From Chrysomallon squamiferum (taxonomy: Eukaryota > Animalia > Mollusca), in the NCBI GenBank assembly GCA_012295275.1, contig CM022673.1, positions 23,312,001 to 23,376,000 of the forward strand: DNA of 64,000 nt, written 5' to 3'. The translations under genes and the position numbers were made by a program. The notes under the pieces were generated by a model. That model did no database searches. It saw nothing but the letters and a program-made list of their open reading frames with translations, and was not told where the DNA came from. Shown here one piece after another: positions 1-18,520 of the stretch; the first letter of the stretch is position 1, and each line of letters begins with the position of its first letter.

Positions 1-3000
1 GTGAATTTGATGAGAAATCCAGCTGCACATTATAACCATCAGCATCATTAAAATTTAATTTCTGTATTTTAGTTTTATCACTTTCAGGGGAATAATTATG
101 TTTATATCTTGTACTAATCTTATTTCTCTGATGTTGTTTTACATCAATATTTACATGTCCTTTATCAAATTTTTCACCAAAAATGTTTGCCTGAGAAATA
201 GTAGTTGATTTGGATCTTGAAGAATGGAAATTTAAATCAAATGAGTCATCGTCTAAATACCCTGTGAAAAAAAAAGAAACAGAAAATAAAATTAAAATAT
301 AAAGTTTAATACAAATTTAAACAAAAATCAATTGTATAGAGATATGAATGTAGAATTTAGTTTTGTTTACAAACCAATTGCTAGCTAAACATATACTATG
401 TTTATAAGGAAAGTTTTATCATTGTCAAGACATTTTTGTTTTTTATTATTTGCTTTCTCTTACACATAGTTGGACATATTTATTAATACAATTTATTTTC
501 TTTACTTTGCATATTTTTCATATAGCAACAAAAAATTATTACTCAAACTTCTACCGTTATTTGTAATTTTCTTGCAAAATATTTCATTTTTATCTTTATA
601 AATAAATTCACATCTTTTCAGTCTTTCTGACAAAGACATAAGCTGAAGATGTTTGGCCTCCTCCATGGCATATTGCACAGATTTTCTTTTAAATGTCTGT
701 TTTTCTATTTTAGGCTTTGCCTTTGGTGCTTTTTTCTGTGAACATGATCTCTTCTTTTGCTGAAAAATGTCATGAATTAAATCTAATTTCTAACAGATTA
801 TATAACATAAATCTTTTGCTGCATACTGACATCTCTAACACTTTTTTCTACCATTAAGTGATTTAACAACATCTTTATTCTGCTTCATACCAATGAGTCT
901 AGTGATAAGCAGTTTTAAGAATGAAATCAGAAGTAATAGAAATAATAATTATATATCATAATGATCTTTAATGGCACTATAAGTATTAACTATAAATATT
1001 ACATGGTGAAATTTTATAGTATCTATGAAGAGAAACTTGTGTTTTTGATAATTAACCTGAAAATGAGTGTCTTGTTTAATTTTTTCATTCTCTAACACTG
1101 CCTTTCCAAATTTTTCCACTGATGAAGCTTTAACCCAACCACGGGTATGAGGCTTTCCCAAGAACTCAACATGATAAAAATGGGGTTCATCTGGATCAGA
1201 ATATGTCACAAATACATTTTCATCAGGATCTCGAGTTATCAATGCTGGCCACCTAAAATACGGTTAATAAAAAATAAAAATTCTTATCAATTATTAAGAA
1301 ATAATAACAACAGACAGCATTCGCATGATAAAAATTGGTTCTCTAAATTTTAAATTGTATTATTAAAATAAATATGAAGTCAGATTAGGACAACCTTATT
1401 CAAGTGCCTCTATTAGTGAAATCTTATATATGAAAAGGTGTTTTGGTGCATTAAAAAATTATGCTTTCTTTCTGTAATAAAGTTTTCTTTCCTGCTTTTA
1501 AAATATTTTGTGTCTCATTAAATAAAGAATGAATCTTCTCTCATTTTGGATAAATAAAAGTATAACTAAACAATTTTAGAAAGAAGACAAATATTAATAT
1601 TAAAGTTTAAAATATTTTATCTGAATTTTGAAGGACTGGATTATTAAAATGTATTATATATTTGATGATTCCAATGAAATTAAAAGAAGGGATATTATAT
1701 CTTTATGTTTTATCACTTAAAGGTTTGCTGCAGTAAGTTTATAAACTAAAAATATAATTGAATTAAATCCACTACATTTGCAGTTTTATATAACATAATT
1801 AGTTAAATTTAACTAATTTATTCATTTGAGATGAAGCAGATGAATTAATATACTAATATCTACTTGCAATATCCTGAGTACTTAGCCAACACTAGAGTTC
1901 CTTCCTTGAAAACAGACTTTATGTAAACCAACCCAACTTTCCTTGCAGTTTTATCATACCAGTGTGTATTTTCTTCTGGCACATCACATGATCTGAAATT
2001 CTCATCCTTGTTCATAAAACAAAACCACTTTGTTTCTTCTGTTACACCTTTTACTTCTGATTCAGTGACTCTTCTCCATTTCATGCAGTCTTCATTATCA
2101 CACTGTATCCACTGTGCTGACTCTATCTAAATGCAAAATAGAGCAATTTATATGAAAAAGCCTATTTCTAGATTAGAAACATTAGCAATTACAAGAAGGC
2201 AATAAGATTCTTAACAATTTTTTGGTTTCACCTCTTAATTTAAAAATGAAAATATATACGATCTTCAAAGCATTATATATTATAATATCATAACATTTTC
2301 GTAAATATAATATTCTTAATATATACATTTTGCAATAACTGTAAAGGATACTGTTAATATTTATTATTATAGAAGCAGACAAAAACCATAAACACATTGG
2401 TTAAAAACTTCACACACACACAATAAAAAAATAGAAAAATGAACAATTAAATAACAATAATTAAGTCTTCATTATTGCACTTCTTTTTTATGAAGCAACC
2501 AATTAAATTTGCAAAAGCTGTACAGTCTATATCTACCTTCTTTCTCCATTCAACTACTGAACTCTTTGTTGAACAACTTGAAGATGAATTTGATGTCACT
2601 GATATTTGTTTGTTTGTTTTCAAACTTTCCAGTTGAGACTTTGTAAGACTGTCAAGAGACAGCTCTGCAGATGGATTTTCTATCACTGTAATGAATAAAA
2701 GTGAACTGTTCGATTTTCTTTCTAAAATAAATTTCTAATCATGTAATATTATATTGTTATGGTCAGTGATGAGCAAAGACAAATCTTAAATGAGCCAAAT
2801 TTCCATATAATATTATATTATAAATTTATAAATTGAAAATAACCCCAAAATATAATTTTGATGTGACAGTTCTTTGTTATTATATTTTTATATTACTGCT
2901 TTTGAGTCTAGTATCACTTTAAGTTGTGAGGGGGAACAGGAAAGATACTCAGCAATGAATGAGATATAACCCTCCCCCCACCCCAAAAAAAACCAGTAAC

Positions 3001-3335
3001 AAGTAATAATAATAAAAACAGAGAGAGTGATAATTATTTTTGGATTTTACTCTTTTCCGTTTGTAATAAATTGTATGGTGAAATGCTCAATGTAATTCAT
3101 AAATTTGAAAACTGTTTAGTTACTACTACTTTATTTTCTTTGAATTAATATTTCTATTTTTTAACTAATTATAAAATCATAACAATGAACATCAGTTATC
3201 TTCAATTAATTTCAAAATCACTTCCAAATAAATGTATAACGTATATAATCAGTGAAGTCATGTTAGATATTTGTACTTACATAATCTTTTTAAACCTCTG
3301 GTTATTATTGATCTCTTGAGATTGTTGTTTATCAT
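1..3335 (-). CDS. ZCWPW2: Zinc finger CW-type + PWWP domain protein, ZCWPW2-like (3' end beyond window)
   Basis: Phase-consistent GT-AG exons: 3335-3281, 2685-2537, 2126-1864, 1252-1057, 759-555, 261-<1. Translation gives a CW finger (WIQCDNEDCMKWRR...WFCFMNKDENFRSC) followed by a PWWP domain (LVLAKYSGYCKWPALITRDPD...YHVEFLGKPHTRGWVKAS...AMEEAKHL...ERL). YHVEFLG-PH-R-W resembles my recollection of vertebrate ZCWPW2 more than ZCWPW1. The start codon at 3335 is tentative. Confidence 0.85.
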
Positions 3336-3700
3336 TATGACGCTTGGTTCTAGCTTGACACCATCTAATTAATTTGGTTAAATACAAATATTTATTCAGC
3401 TTTTATAACTTACTGGACAACAAACGTCTGACTAAATTAAACCATTATCTAGGACAAATGCAGATTCTAATGAATAGAAATACCAAAATATGAGTCGTAA
3501 ACCTATTACGGTAAAGTTGGTAAACAAACACAAATTATCCGAGAAAGCTATAATTAATATAATAAGACAGTTTATTAAAACATTAATAATAAATAAATGA
3601 AAGAAAAAAGACAAATAAAAGTTTATATAAATATTAAATTGATATTTAAAAAATTATATTCATTAATTTTTCATATGTACCCCGTAACCAAATCCCAAAG

Positions 3701-3750
3701 AACTTCTGCGGAAGTTGCAGACGACTTTTAGTAAAGCATTATGGGATTGT
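3701..3750 (-). promoter_or_regulatory. Likely core promoter of the ZCWPW2-like gene: ZNF143/Staf (SBS)-like motif plus ETS-like site
   Basis: 3736-3750 gcattatgggattgt is the reverse complement of ACAATCCCATAATGC (SBS consensus-like). GCGGAAGT at 3708-3715. Located ~370 bp upstream of the first coding exon. Confidence 0.5.
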
Positions 3751-4008
3751 TTTTTCTTAGGGGAAATAAAAAAAATAAAATGAAATAAAATAAAAAACAA
3801 AAAGAACAATTATAAAAAGAAAGTTTAATAATAAAAAAATGTCTATGCTTGACTCATATTGTCAAAATATTCATTATATATGTTCATCCAAAATAATAAT
3901 AAAAAAACTAAATAAAATAAAAAATCTGGATATGTTTGCAAAAATTAAACAAAGAGAAGTAAGGCCATTTTATAATTCAGATGAAAGTGTATTAGTCTAC
4001 TTTCTAAA

Positions 4009-4053
<45 letters not shown>

Positions 4054-4157
4054 GTTGTTTGTTTCGTTTGGGTTTTTGGTGAGGTTTTTTAACGTTAGAA
4101 TATGAAACGTTTATTGTTTTAAAATAATATGATATTTCAAATGATCATTAAAAACAA

Positions 4158-4223
<66 letters not shown>

Positions 4224-4681
4224 CTGCTAAATCTAAATCTTAATTACATCTTAAAAAACACAATATACCCACGCACACAACCACAACCACTATTAAACAT
4301 CCACACATGCTCACACTTAATATAATATTTTAAAGGCAACGAAATAGGTAAATGTAGTTTGATTGAATGCTTGTATTATTTCCACAAAATATTGGGGCTG
4401 TACTGCAAAGAATTATCCTTCGCCAGATCATTTTAGATAATTGTAGAAACGTAATTCCATTGTATCCAATAAACTATTAGTAAAAAGCTGCCTTTGATGA
4501 AGTACGAAGTTATCTGAAATCCAAGAACAAAGAACAAATTCAAGTTTTCATACAGAATATATATTACTTTTTTCTTTCAGAAAAAAACCCAACAACTTTT
4601 TACTAACTTTTAACACAAAAATTCGACACATTTTCAAAATATTTTACATCATGACAATTTACCAAACATCATTCAAAAGTT

Positions 4682-8313
<3,632 letters not shown>

Positions 8314-11300
8314 ATCGCTTTCTTTGTCGTTCTGCTTCGTTTTCTCACTAAACTCTGCAACATGTAACTCTACAAGCAACGCAAACCTCTGGAATCTTCT
8401 GCGTTTTTTTTAATGTTCCTGTTTACTAAGTCTTATGGATGGCAACAGGGTGTGTATGTGTATTTGTTTAAGTGAATAAAAAACGGAACAAAAACACAGT
8501 ACGTGCCGTACCCTTCTTCAAGGGAAATATCTTATGGTTTTTATAGCTGTAATCAGCTCTAAACTTTCGTTAACAATTGCACCACCTTGAATACTGAATC
8601 ATGCTTCATCAGTCAAGAGTAAGAGATCCACAGGAACGTGACGTCCGCCCCAGCCGTCAGTTGTCAATGGCGGGGCTTTGGAATATTTAGTCCCATTCAG
8701 GAAAACGAGAGCTTCAAAAAGAAAAGAAGCAAGTTTATGTGTTACTAGTGTCCAAAGAGCTGCCCATACTGCGCAAGGTCCGTGATCCATGAAAGCATGT
8801 TTGTTTAACTGTTATTTATGGCTGTTTATTGGGAGATTATAGCCAACACATTATAGTAAACAAACAATGAATTACGAAAACTTATCACAATAGTTCGGTT
8901 GGCGTCTCTGTATTTTTGCACTTTATATATATCCAGCAAAAGTTACCGTACGGTTTTGTGGCCATATAATTCTTAGGACAGTAGTGATATTTAACAGATA
9001 TTCAATTTATTGCTCTCTATATCCAACAAGTTTCAGTCACATATATTTATGGCAAAACGATCTTGGATTCTATCGTCGAATACCCCAAGCGCCCTCTCTC
9101 TGACTTTCTCCATTCTTTTCTTTCTCTCTGCTAACCCTTACTTCTTAACAAATTAACTATTCATCCAGTCATTCTTACTCATCCAATCATTCTTACCCAT
9201 CCAGTTATTTAAATTTGTATATCTATCACTCTTTGACTTAGTTTCCAAATGAGGCACGGAAAGTGTTTAACTTCTAGAGTGGCTTGGAGTTAGCTAATAA
9301 AATACATTTTTCAACTGGTTTTTTGTCTATCCAGTTCTAAAAATCTTTAACGATTGTAGATTATGTATTATGAGAATGTGTATTAGGGCGTGTGTGAATG
9401 AATGTTTTTTGTTTTTGTATTTTTATAATATAAATATATTTAGATACTATAATATAATAATACCATATACTTATAAGAATATGAAAATGCATTGTTTAGA
9501 ACCTACATAATTATGGCTGAAACGTACGGGGTGATGAAACTAGTTGCAACTGATCAGCTACAGGCTTTACGTGTGAGATAAGAGAATCAACAACAAGACC
9601 CCCTGCAAAAAAGCCCCCCAACCAACAACAAAAAACGATTCTACAATATATTTAGTCACAGACAGAAAAGCACATGCCATTTCATTTTATATTTAGCTCT
9701 GGAATCAGGGCATGAACAAATAACATTAAAACTATAATATACCCAACAACTCCCCCAAAGATCCACAATCATTGAAAAAAGACGCATGTATATTATATAA
9801 TTAATAAAGAAATGAATATATTGAAATGCAAAAAGGAAAATCATAAAAAAGAACCTGAATAAAAATATATGCGTCATGCTTCGGTCATCTATTTCATTGG
9901 AGGAAAATGATAGAAAAAAATAGGAAGAAGCAGGAAAAAATAGGATGTAGAAAGCATAAAAAACGAAAGTGTTGACGATGTTTCTTTTATAGGTGCTCTA
10001 TCGATTTCTAAATTCTTCTGTAAGCTCACAAGGGACGTACAGCGATCGATGGACCTTAATAAATATTCTATTTTCTTTTTCTTTCTTTTTTCTTCTAGCC
10101 AGTACTCAGTGGTGTTTGAATTACGCGATCTAAAAGAAGCATCTAATTGGTTTTAAGTTTATTATGTGGTTTAAAATAGACTGCTTTTATTTAATTTATT
10201 AACTGTTTTCTTTTTTAGCAGTAGTGCAAATATTTCACAGCTGCTAATAAAAACTTATTTTACGAGAAGCATAATGTTAATAACCCCCCCAAAAAACCAC
10301 GTTAATTTTCGCTCAATTTGAATTTAAACAGCGGCATTATCATGTATTTGTGAATATTAAATGCAAATATCATTTTTTTTTTACATCAGACATTGTTTTC
10401 TAGATTAGAAAGCCAACAGAAACAGTAACAAATACAATACATAATAATGATTTGTAAATAATGAAACAAATGTTACTCTCATAAGGAAGTGATGAAAAGA
10501 GTTTTCAGAATTAAATCTTGCAGGATTACAGTTTCCAAAATTTAAAAGAAAACGAACAGTAACAAGAAAAGTAAATGAATAACCCATAATAATCAGATCA
10601 TAATCAACAATAACAATATCCACTGAAAACAACAATTTTAATAACAAAAAATTAATTTAAAATAAATATATACCCCCCCCCATAAAAAAACCAACAACAA
10701 ACAAACAAACAGACAAACACCGTTTTTCATATCAGATGAAACATCACAGGTCTGATTTACCTGGCAATACTTTGATTATATTGATTTGTTATTTTTATTA
10801 TTATTATTATTGTTTTTAACATTTATTTACAAACACAACATTACTATTTACCTATTATTTTCAATCATTCTTTACCACACACTTGAATATAATTTACTAT
10901 ATGTTACAGATTAACAAAGAAGTTAATACAGTCTTTTTATTTTGATAGAGCTAAGAAGAGATCATTATATTGAGCTATGATGATTGCAGATTATAACACA
11001 GATCTTATAATTGCATCCTCTGTTTTGGAGAATCCACACTGAGACAGAACAGACACAAACAAATAGGCCATTTTGTGAATCTACCAATATAGAGCGCACA
11101 AACGCACACACAAACACACACACACACACAAAACACTCACACTCAAACACTCTTTTCTCTTTCTGCCTCTTTCTGTCTGTCTCTCACTGTTTATAATAGA
11201 GAGTTTAGTTTATTGTGATATATTATTACTGGTGTGGTACGGTATGAAGGTCCAGAAATTATATTGATAACCTACACTTTATAAAATCTAGTTCTGGTCT

Positions 11301-11924
11301 CAAAACAAAAATTACCAAGGCCCAAAGGTCTATGAATAACACGTCACTGGTTATACACTCCTGCAAAGGTTAAACAGTTTTATTAAACATCTTTTTTACA
11401 CTAGAGAAGCCATTACGTTTGTAAAACAAATTTAAATTCTTAAGAAGGTTTGAGTTTCCCAGAAAATGTACGATATGCTTCACGTGCACGCGTCTGTTGT
11501 TTATGCAAGGCCTCAACTTTTCGCCAAATTATTTAAAGTCTTCTCATATTGAAGAGAAAAAAATAAAAATAAAAATAAAAACATTTATTTAACGCAAGAG
11601 TTGTTAAAGAAATTGTAAATAGAAATAATCAATGTCATGCTGGTTCAGAGTTTGTTTTTATTTTAATTTTCCAGAAGAAAAAAAAAAGAAGCAACAACAA
11701 ATACAAAAAAGAAAAAAAAAAAAAAAAAGCCTGGAGAACGAAAAGAATGTAAGCTGTAATGAGGAATTTGAAACTAATAATAATAAAAGATTTAAATAAG
11801 GGATTATTATATTCTCCTGTTACTGAAAATTTGCTTGTCAAAATTGCATACATGAATATTTCTTACAACTTAAGTTCGCAGTTGAACAATAACATCACCT
11901 AAGAAATTTAACAGTTTTACTTAC

Positions 11925-11998
11925 AGTTCATAATATCGGGAAGCTTGTACCGGGTACAGGGTAGATTTTTTCAATATTTTCCATTTCGGAATATGCAT
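11925..11998 (-). CDS. Candidate alternative first coding exon of the coiled-coil gene (MHIPKWKILKKSTLYPVQASRYYEL)
   Basis: ATG at 11998, stop-free for 74 nt (phase 2), ending at a GTAAGT donor. Joins exon 6988 in frame. Confidence 0.45.
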
Positions 11999-13348
11999 AG
12001 AGCACCAGTTAGTTTGTTACTCCATAATTATTGAACAGGTGAAAAGAACGGGCTTTTAAGGTTATCTCTTTTTTATACTCACTTTTTTTATTTTTTATTA
12101 TCGATTATTCATCAAGAGATTTGCTACTCTAGTAACTTGTGATTTTCTTCTTTAATACCCTCTGACACTAAGAAGACGTTATTCCGTCAAGAATGTTTTT
12201 ACCAGTAAGCTGAATAACAAAGCCAGTATTGTCTCACAACGTACTCTCAACTGTATTGAAGGGTTCACACTAGTCTATTCCTTTAACTTTAAAATTATCG
12301 TTAAAATGAAAAATATAGTTTATTTTTTACATTTTTGTTCATTCGAGCTTGACTTGTTGAAATTTAATCATAGTTTATATAGATAAAACTTGGTTTGACG
12401 TTATTCTGTATAAAATGAAAACAGGTCCATCGTTTCAACTTTTTTTTTTTTTTACATTTTATAAGGATCTTTATTTAACTAAAGGAAAATCTGTTTTTAT
12501 ATTTAGTTTTTTTACTTCTCACTTTAACGGAAACCTAGATAAAATCCTAAAACCAAGAAGTTGCCACTGTGTTACATTTGAAACAAGAACAATAGCAGAT
12601 CTTTAAAACATTATTATATTAATACCATACGACGATATTGTGTATCACCATCATTTTAACTGTTTAACCATCAATAAGCACATATAAGAAACAGGCACAG
12701 GTAAACAAGTATGTATGTACAGGAACATTTAGTAAAGAGCGTTTCAAACATGCATTATAACATTTTTCCTTTACAAAGTTCATTTAAAAACATTTATTTT
12801 GTCAATATACCCTGCGTGTTGGTTGCTTGGTCGGTCCGGATTTTCATTTTTTCCGCATTCTCTGACAGTACTTTTACAATTCATTGGCAGCTTGCTTTTT
12901 TTGTCAAAATAAAACCAATACACAATATTATTGTACTATTTTGCTGCAGTTATTTATACTTTTCATAAAACAGGAAGCTTAAAAATATTTACAGATTATT
13001 TCTAATTGATGTAAATACATAAATAAGCAAATGAAATGACAGAAGAAAGAACGAACAACGATTAAACAAATAAATAAATGACAGTAGTGAGAAATAAAAG
13101 GAATAATTTTTTCACACTTTCTATATACAGTATATTTATTTATCTATGTGCGTGTGCGTGGATGCGTGTATGTTTGTATGAGTGTGTGTTTATGTCAATA
13201 AACCATGTTTTTTTAATTTGAGTATTCCTTTAATACAGTATCATTTTCCGTCTTTTCTACAGTGAGCTAAAAAATAGATAACTACGTATGCATCTTGTTA
13301 TAAATACGTATTTTTGAGTGTGTCATTGTCATTGAATGCGTGTGTGTA

Positions 13349-13380
<32 letters not shown>

Positions 13381-14558
13381 AGTACAATATACATAAACAG
13401 TGTTTTTCTTGATTTGAGTATTCCTTTAAAATAATAACACTTTTCGCTTGTGTGCAGTGTGAGTTAAAAAAATACAAAACAGCATCAAGTGTATTAAAAT
13501 GGAAAAGAAAATACATGTAGATCTTTCATATCGCTTGCTCTTGATGATTGATATGCTCTTTCAAATTAAGTGGGGTTTTTTTTTAATGTTATATAGAATA
13601 AAGTATATCGTTTCTTCTGTGAAGTAGATTAACACTTTTTATGGATGTTACAGATACTGACTGAAAGTTATTTCTGGAAACACAGTTCAGATGAAAAGTG
13701 GAGAAAAATAAATACACCAAATAACGACTAGATCTAAGATTTCACAAAATAGAAACCTAGAATTCCATAGAAATGTTTCGTCAAGTTGTAAGGAATAACT
13801 ATTACAAAACAACAATAATGCTCCAAGACGATAAATATAAAAAATAAAAGAATATAATCTTTATTTTTTCTAAAATACATAATAAATGATAATAAAGATA
13901 GGGCTTTGGGTTCGAACCCTGGGTAGTCGTATGCACTAGTAATACATATTATCTGTATAATCTGACGGTACAGTTAGTTAACTTTTTTCTCTTTCTTCCA
14001 GCGGTGAACTTATTACGTCAAACTGTTTTCCTCTGATATCGCTACGAAACGCACCGAAAATAAAAACAACGACAGTGCAAGGCTCAGGTTTCGAATTTCT
14101 GAAAGCTTATTTCATCAGAAAGATCGTAAAACAAACTGTCTAACGTTTCTGTTTAAAATATGCTTAAAGTTTAGCGAATATATAATGAACTTGCCTTATA
14201 TACACTTTCAAATGACCATAATGTCTAATCTTTGCTATTAATAAAGTCTGACAATGATAACTATAAGAAACCAGCGAAACAAATGCCAAATATTGTCATC
14301 GTTTTCGGTTATTTTTAACATCATTCCATTCATGGAATATATACGGTAATGTGATCCACGAAGACGTAAACAAGAAGTGAACATGCCAAAGGTATTTAGA
14401 CTGACTGTTAAGTAACCCATATAATTTGAGTTGAAATACAGAACAGCAACTTAACAAAAACCATAATTAAAAGAAAATGTAAAAAATAAAAATATATAAA
14501 ATGTTTTTAAAAACCGCCAATAAATTAATAACAGAAATAATAAAAGAAATAAACTTAC

Positions 14559-14608
14559 ATTCTTCGACCATCTTCAGACTGAGTCGAAGAGTTTGTTGAA
14601 GCAGACAT
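14559..14608 (-). CDS. Candidate distal alternative first coding exon of the coiled-coil gene (MSASTNSSTQSEDGRRM)
   Basis: aaaaATG at 14608, 50 nt (phase 2), GTAAGT donor, in frame with exon 6988. A CpG-rich patch with an E-box (CACGTG) lies upstream at ~14820-14870. Confidence 0.55.
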
Positions 14609-15309
14609 TTTTTTGGTTGTTTTTGTTTTAGAATAATAACTCACTGAGAAGATTTTGTTTTTAATAAGTCATAGTCCATTTTTGTGATTAAAATCCATTA
14701 ATGTGTGATCACAGAACTGATATTTTCTCCTTTAAATTTTTTTTTTACTTTCGAAAAATTCTCTATAAAAGTATTTCAGCCTTCTATCTACAAATTCTCT
14801 CATTTTTGCACTGTTCTCTAACTGCGCTCTCACAGGCTCGCGCGCCGTTGGAAACGATTTCACGTGTCAAAGAATTCATAACCGTGCTGACTTCTGTCAC
14901 TTCGTAATATCTTCTGAAAAAACAAACCTGAATTCTTTTATTTGATTTGATTCGCTTCATTCGGAATACAGGGCCATTAAAACTGTTCAATACGAGGTCA
15001 GTGATAGAATTTATATCTATCTGTTTAACCTAATTCTACAAAGCGCAGACGACAATACTTCCCCGCGCTTTTGTCCCAAATTTGTAAAGCCTGTCTTGTC
15101 TTTTGTTCGCTCCAATATCCCAGTTAAACTTTTACTACTTTTTATCCGTTACGTCGTTTTACAGCAAAAGATTCGTAAGCAAGAAATGGATTATATTTAT
15201 AATTATTTCCTTTACCGATATCTCGTTAATGGGGACTCCGCGTAATAAAAAGAGGACTTGCATACGTACTTGGTTTTGGTGATTATAATCAGCACCCTTA
15301 AATAGTATA

Positions 15310-15721
15310 CAGTCGACCCACCATTTAACGAACTAAAAGGCGTTAAATGTTTTCCGGAAAAAAAAAAAAAAGTTCGGATTTTCCGTTGTTACAAATAGCG
15401 AAAATATTAATATTAACAATAAAGAATAACATTCAGAACAAAATTTTCTATAAATTTACAGTTTATACTAATCTTGATGGGTAGCAGATTGAATTTGTTT
15501 TGTCATGATCGTTTAGTGACTCCATTGTCAAAACATAAAAAATAAAAATAATATTCATATATCTAAAGAATTCTAATATGAATGCACATAGTGACTCGCT
15601 CAAGGAATCATCTTTCGGACGCTTCGTTTACCCCCGGGCAAGTCCGAATATCGGTGTGTTCAAGAATAATCGATTTCCGAGTTCGGGCAAAAAACAGGTC
15701 CATTAAAAAGAGGGCCGAGTG
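15310..15721. mobile_element. Degenerate Tc1/mariner-pogo type MITE
   Basis: TA on both flanks. Left end CAGTCGACCCACCATTTAACG vs reverse complement of right end CACTCGGCCCTCTTTTTAATG (15/21 identical). No ORF. Confidence 0.4.
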
Positions 15722-16427
15722 TAATTTCGTACACTTCAAAGCGTTTAGAAAAGTTGAATGACAAATTGAATAAAATGTTGTTTATGGACTTCATTGGTTA
15801 TCTACTCTTTTTCTCAAACCCTTTCAAATAAATTTGAAATGAAGTAGTTTAAAAGAAAATTCTAAAATATCAGACCTTATTTTTGTATATGAGCTCACTA
15901 AATAGCTCTCTCTCTCTCACTCACTCATTCTCTCTCTCATTCTCTTTCTCTCACATACACACACACTCACAGAGACACACACAGACACACACAGCAACAC
16001 CCTATAGAATTATAATAATGTAAATGGGTTTATTTGCTGCATTCTAATGATTCTCTTAAGAACACGATCAGTTGCGAATAAGGATAATAAAAAGTCGAAG
16101 ATTATTTCGATATTCCACGCACGGAATTGCTACATCAGTGTCAAATGTTTTTTTATGCTTCGTCGAACTCCACGTTATTCCTGTAATAAAATAACTTCCA
16201 TGAACCGAGTAACGACGAAGAATTCTTTAATGACAGCATTGACCTATCCTATGGGCAAACTTAGAGATGATTAATTATATATAGAATATTCATAAAGTCT
16301 AAAAAAAAAATAGCATATAAGTGCTTCAACGACAAGATCAACATCAACAAAAACAAAACCCATCAATATTTCTAATATCGGAATAAAAAGCGTCACCAGT
16401 AGCAAAGGAAAAGAGAAATTTCGATGG

Positions 16428-16643
<216 letters not shown>

Positions 16644-17026
16644 TTTACAATAACATTTAAACGATGGAGATTAAAATCAATATCATGACACTTACTGACC
16701 ACAAGATTCCGTAGATAAATCTTCGCTTAATTAACAAGTAATATTTTGTTTATATATGAAGGCAACTATTTATCTCAGACAACAAAGCCCGAACAAACTT
16801 AAAATAAAGAAAGAATGACGTCATAATAGCGTTGCTGGGGACGTCATATTCTGTTTTCCGACGTTCTTATTTCAAGCCGAGGCTTGAAAATTTGCAAGGA
16901 AAATGTTTTACGATTTATTATTTTCTTTCTTTCTTTCATCATCTTATTATTAATAATTTTGGATTGAGTGATCTTTGGTTTCATGGTCCCTAAGCCTGTG
17001 TTAAAGTAAAATAATAATAATAACAA

Positions 17027-17057
<31 letters not shown>

Positions 17058-17807
17058 AATAACATTGGAGGCGAGATTAATTTTTTAAAATTATAAATTT
17101 CAAATTCCCTATTACAGCCTATTTTCTTTCTACTTTCCGAAAGAAACAAGTAATGATTTGGAAATATATTTAGGTTGATGAACTATATTTGTGTAAAGGT
17201 TTTGATAAATAATGACTCAACAAGGGGTCGTTACCCCCATAAATTGAAAACATAACTGACACATTCGGTACGCCTTTCTTAAGGTAATTCCTCTCCTGCT
17301 TGCAAGGACTGATTCACGACTTCATAATGAGGTGTAGTTTTCTAAATAAGATGTGCTTCAAAAACTGCAACAACAACAATAAATAAATAAATAAAAATAA
17401 AAAAAAACAACAAAGATAAAAAAGGGATAACATGTTGATTTTGACCCGAATGTAAGTTATAAATATATATGTAGCGACATGACAAAAAATATCGTACGTC
17501 TTGTATGTTCTGTTGTGTCGGTCCATATAAATTATGTATATTTTATTCCAAAAATAGTTTTAATGTCACTAAGAAAATAATGTAAGTACAATTTAATGAC
17601 ATTTTGTTTGTATGGAAATGGTAAATATATGAGTCAGGGCATTAAGGGGCATTTAGGTCGAGAGAAATACTCAGTGAATTGGTAAAAAAAATCATGCAAT
17701 ATCCTTTTGTTGTCAGCTACAAAATTAATGTTCGAACAGACGTTTTGTATAGGAACACCTGCGAGCCAAAATCCGTGTGAAACTGATGAATTATTGATTT
17801 TATTACT

Positions 17808-17832
17808 GCAACTACTACCACTACCGCTACCG

Positions 17833-17916
<84 letters not shown>

Positions 17917-17965
17917 TTATTACTACTGCTGCTACTGCTGCTGCTACTACTACTACTAGAACTAC
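17808..17965. repeat. (CTA)n/(CTG)n trinucleotide microsatellite
   Basis: Direct reading; source of the poly-S/L/V ORFs in the track. Confidence 0.95.
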
Positions 17966-18143
17966 TATCACTATTAATTTTAATTGTCGTTATTTGAATC
18001 AAAGAGCAAGTCATTGAAATCTAACGTATTAAGAAGAAATTGTTAATAAAACATTAAATTATTTTTGGGAACTGATATTGGCTAACTTAGAGATTTAAAT
18101 AGCAGCAGCTATCTTATGAGCACATTTAGAAAAATATCATTGA

Positions 18144-18204
<61 letters not shown>

Positions 18205-18400
18205 CAACAGTGACAGACACAATCTCACAAACACTCACACATACATTCCTAGTTCCTAATAACGCTGTGCAGTTGCAAATTAATTTTGTACCTAACCAAG
18301 TCACTCTGGAAGTTAAATACTTGTCTGATCTGAAAAATAACGCAAAGACAGACATGCGAATTTATGAGAATGATGAAATCAGTTTGTTAAGATGGTAGAC

Positions 18401-18520
<120 letters not shown>

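Noticed and set aside
13900-13935. GGTTCGAACCC B-box as a tRNA gene
   Set aside because: No A-box or cloverleaf can be built; at most a decayed SINE head.
17634-18014. Poly-Ser / poly-Leu / poly-Val ORFs
   Set aside because: All are translations of a (CTA)n microsatellite, with no splice or domain support.
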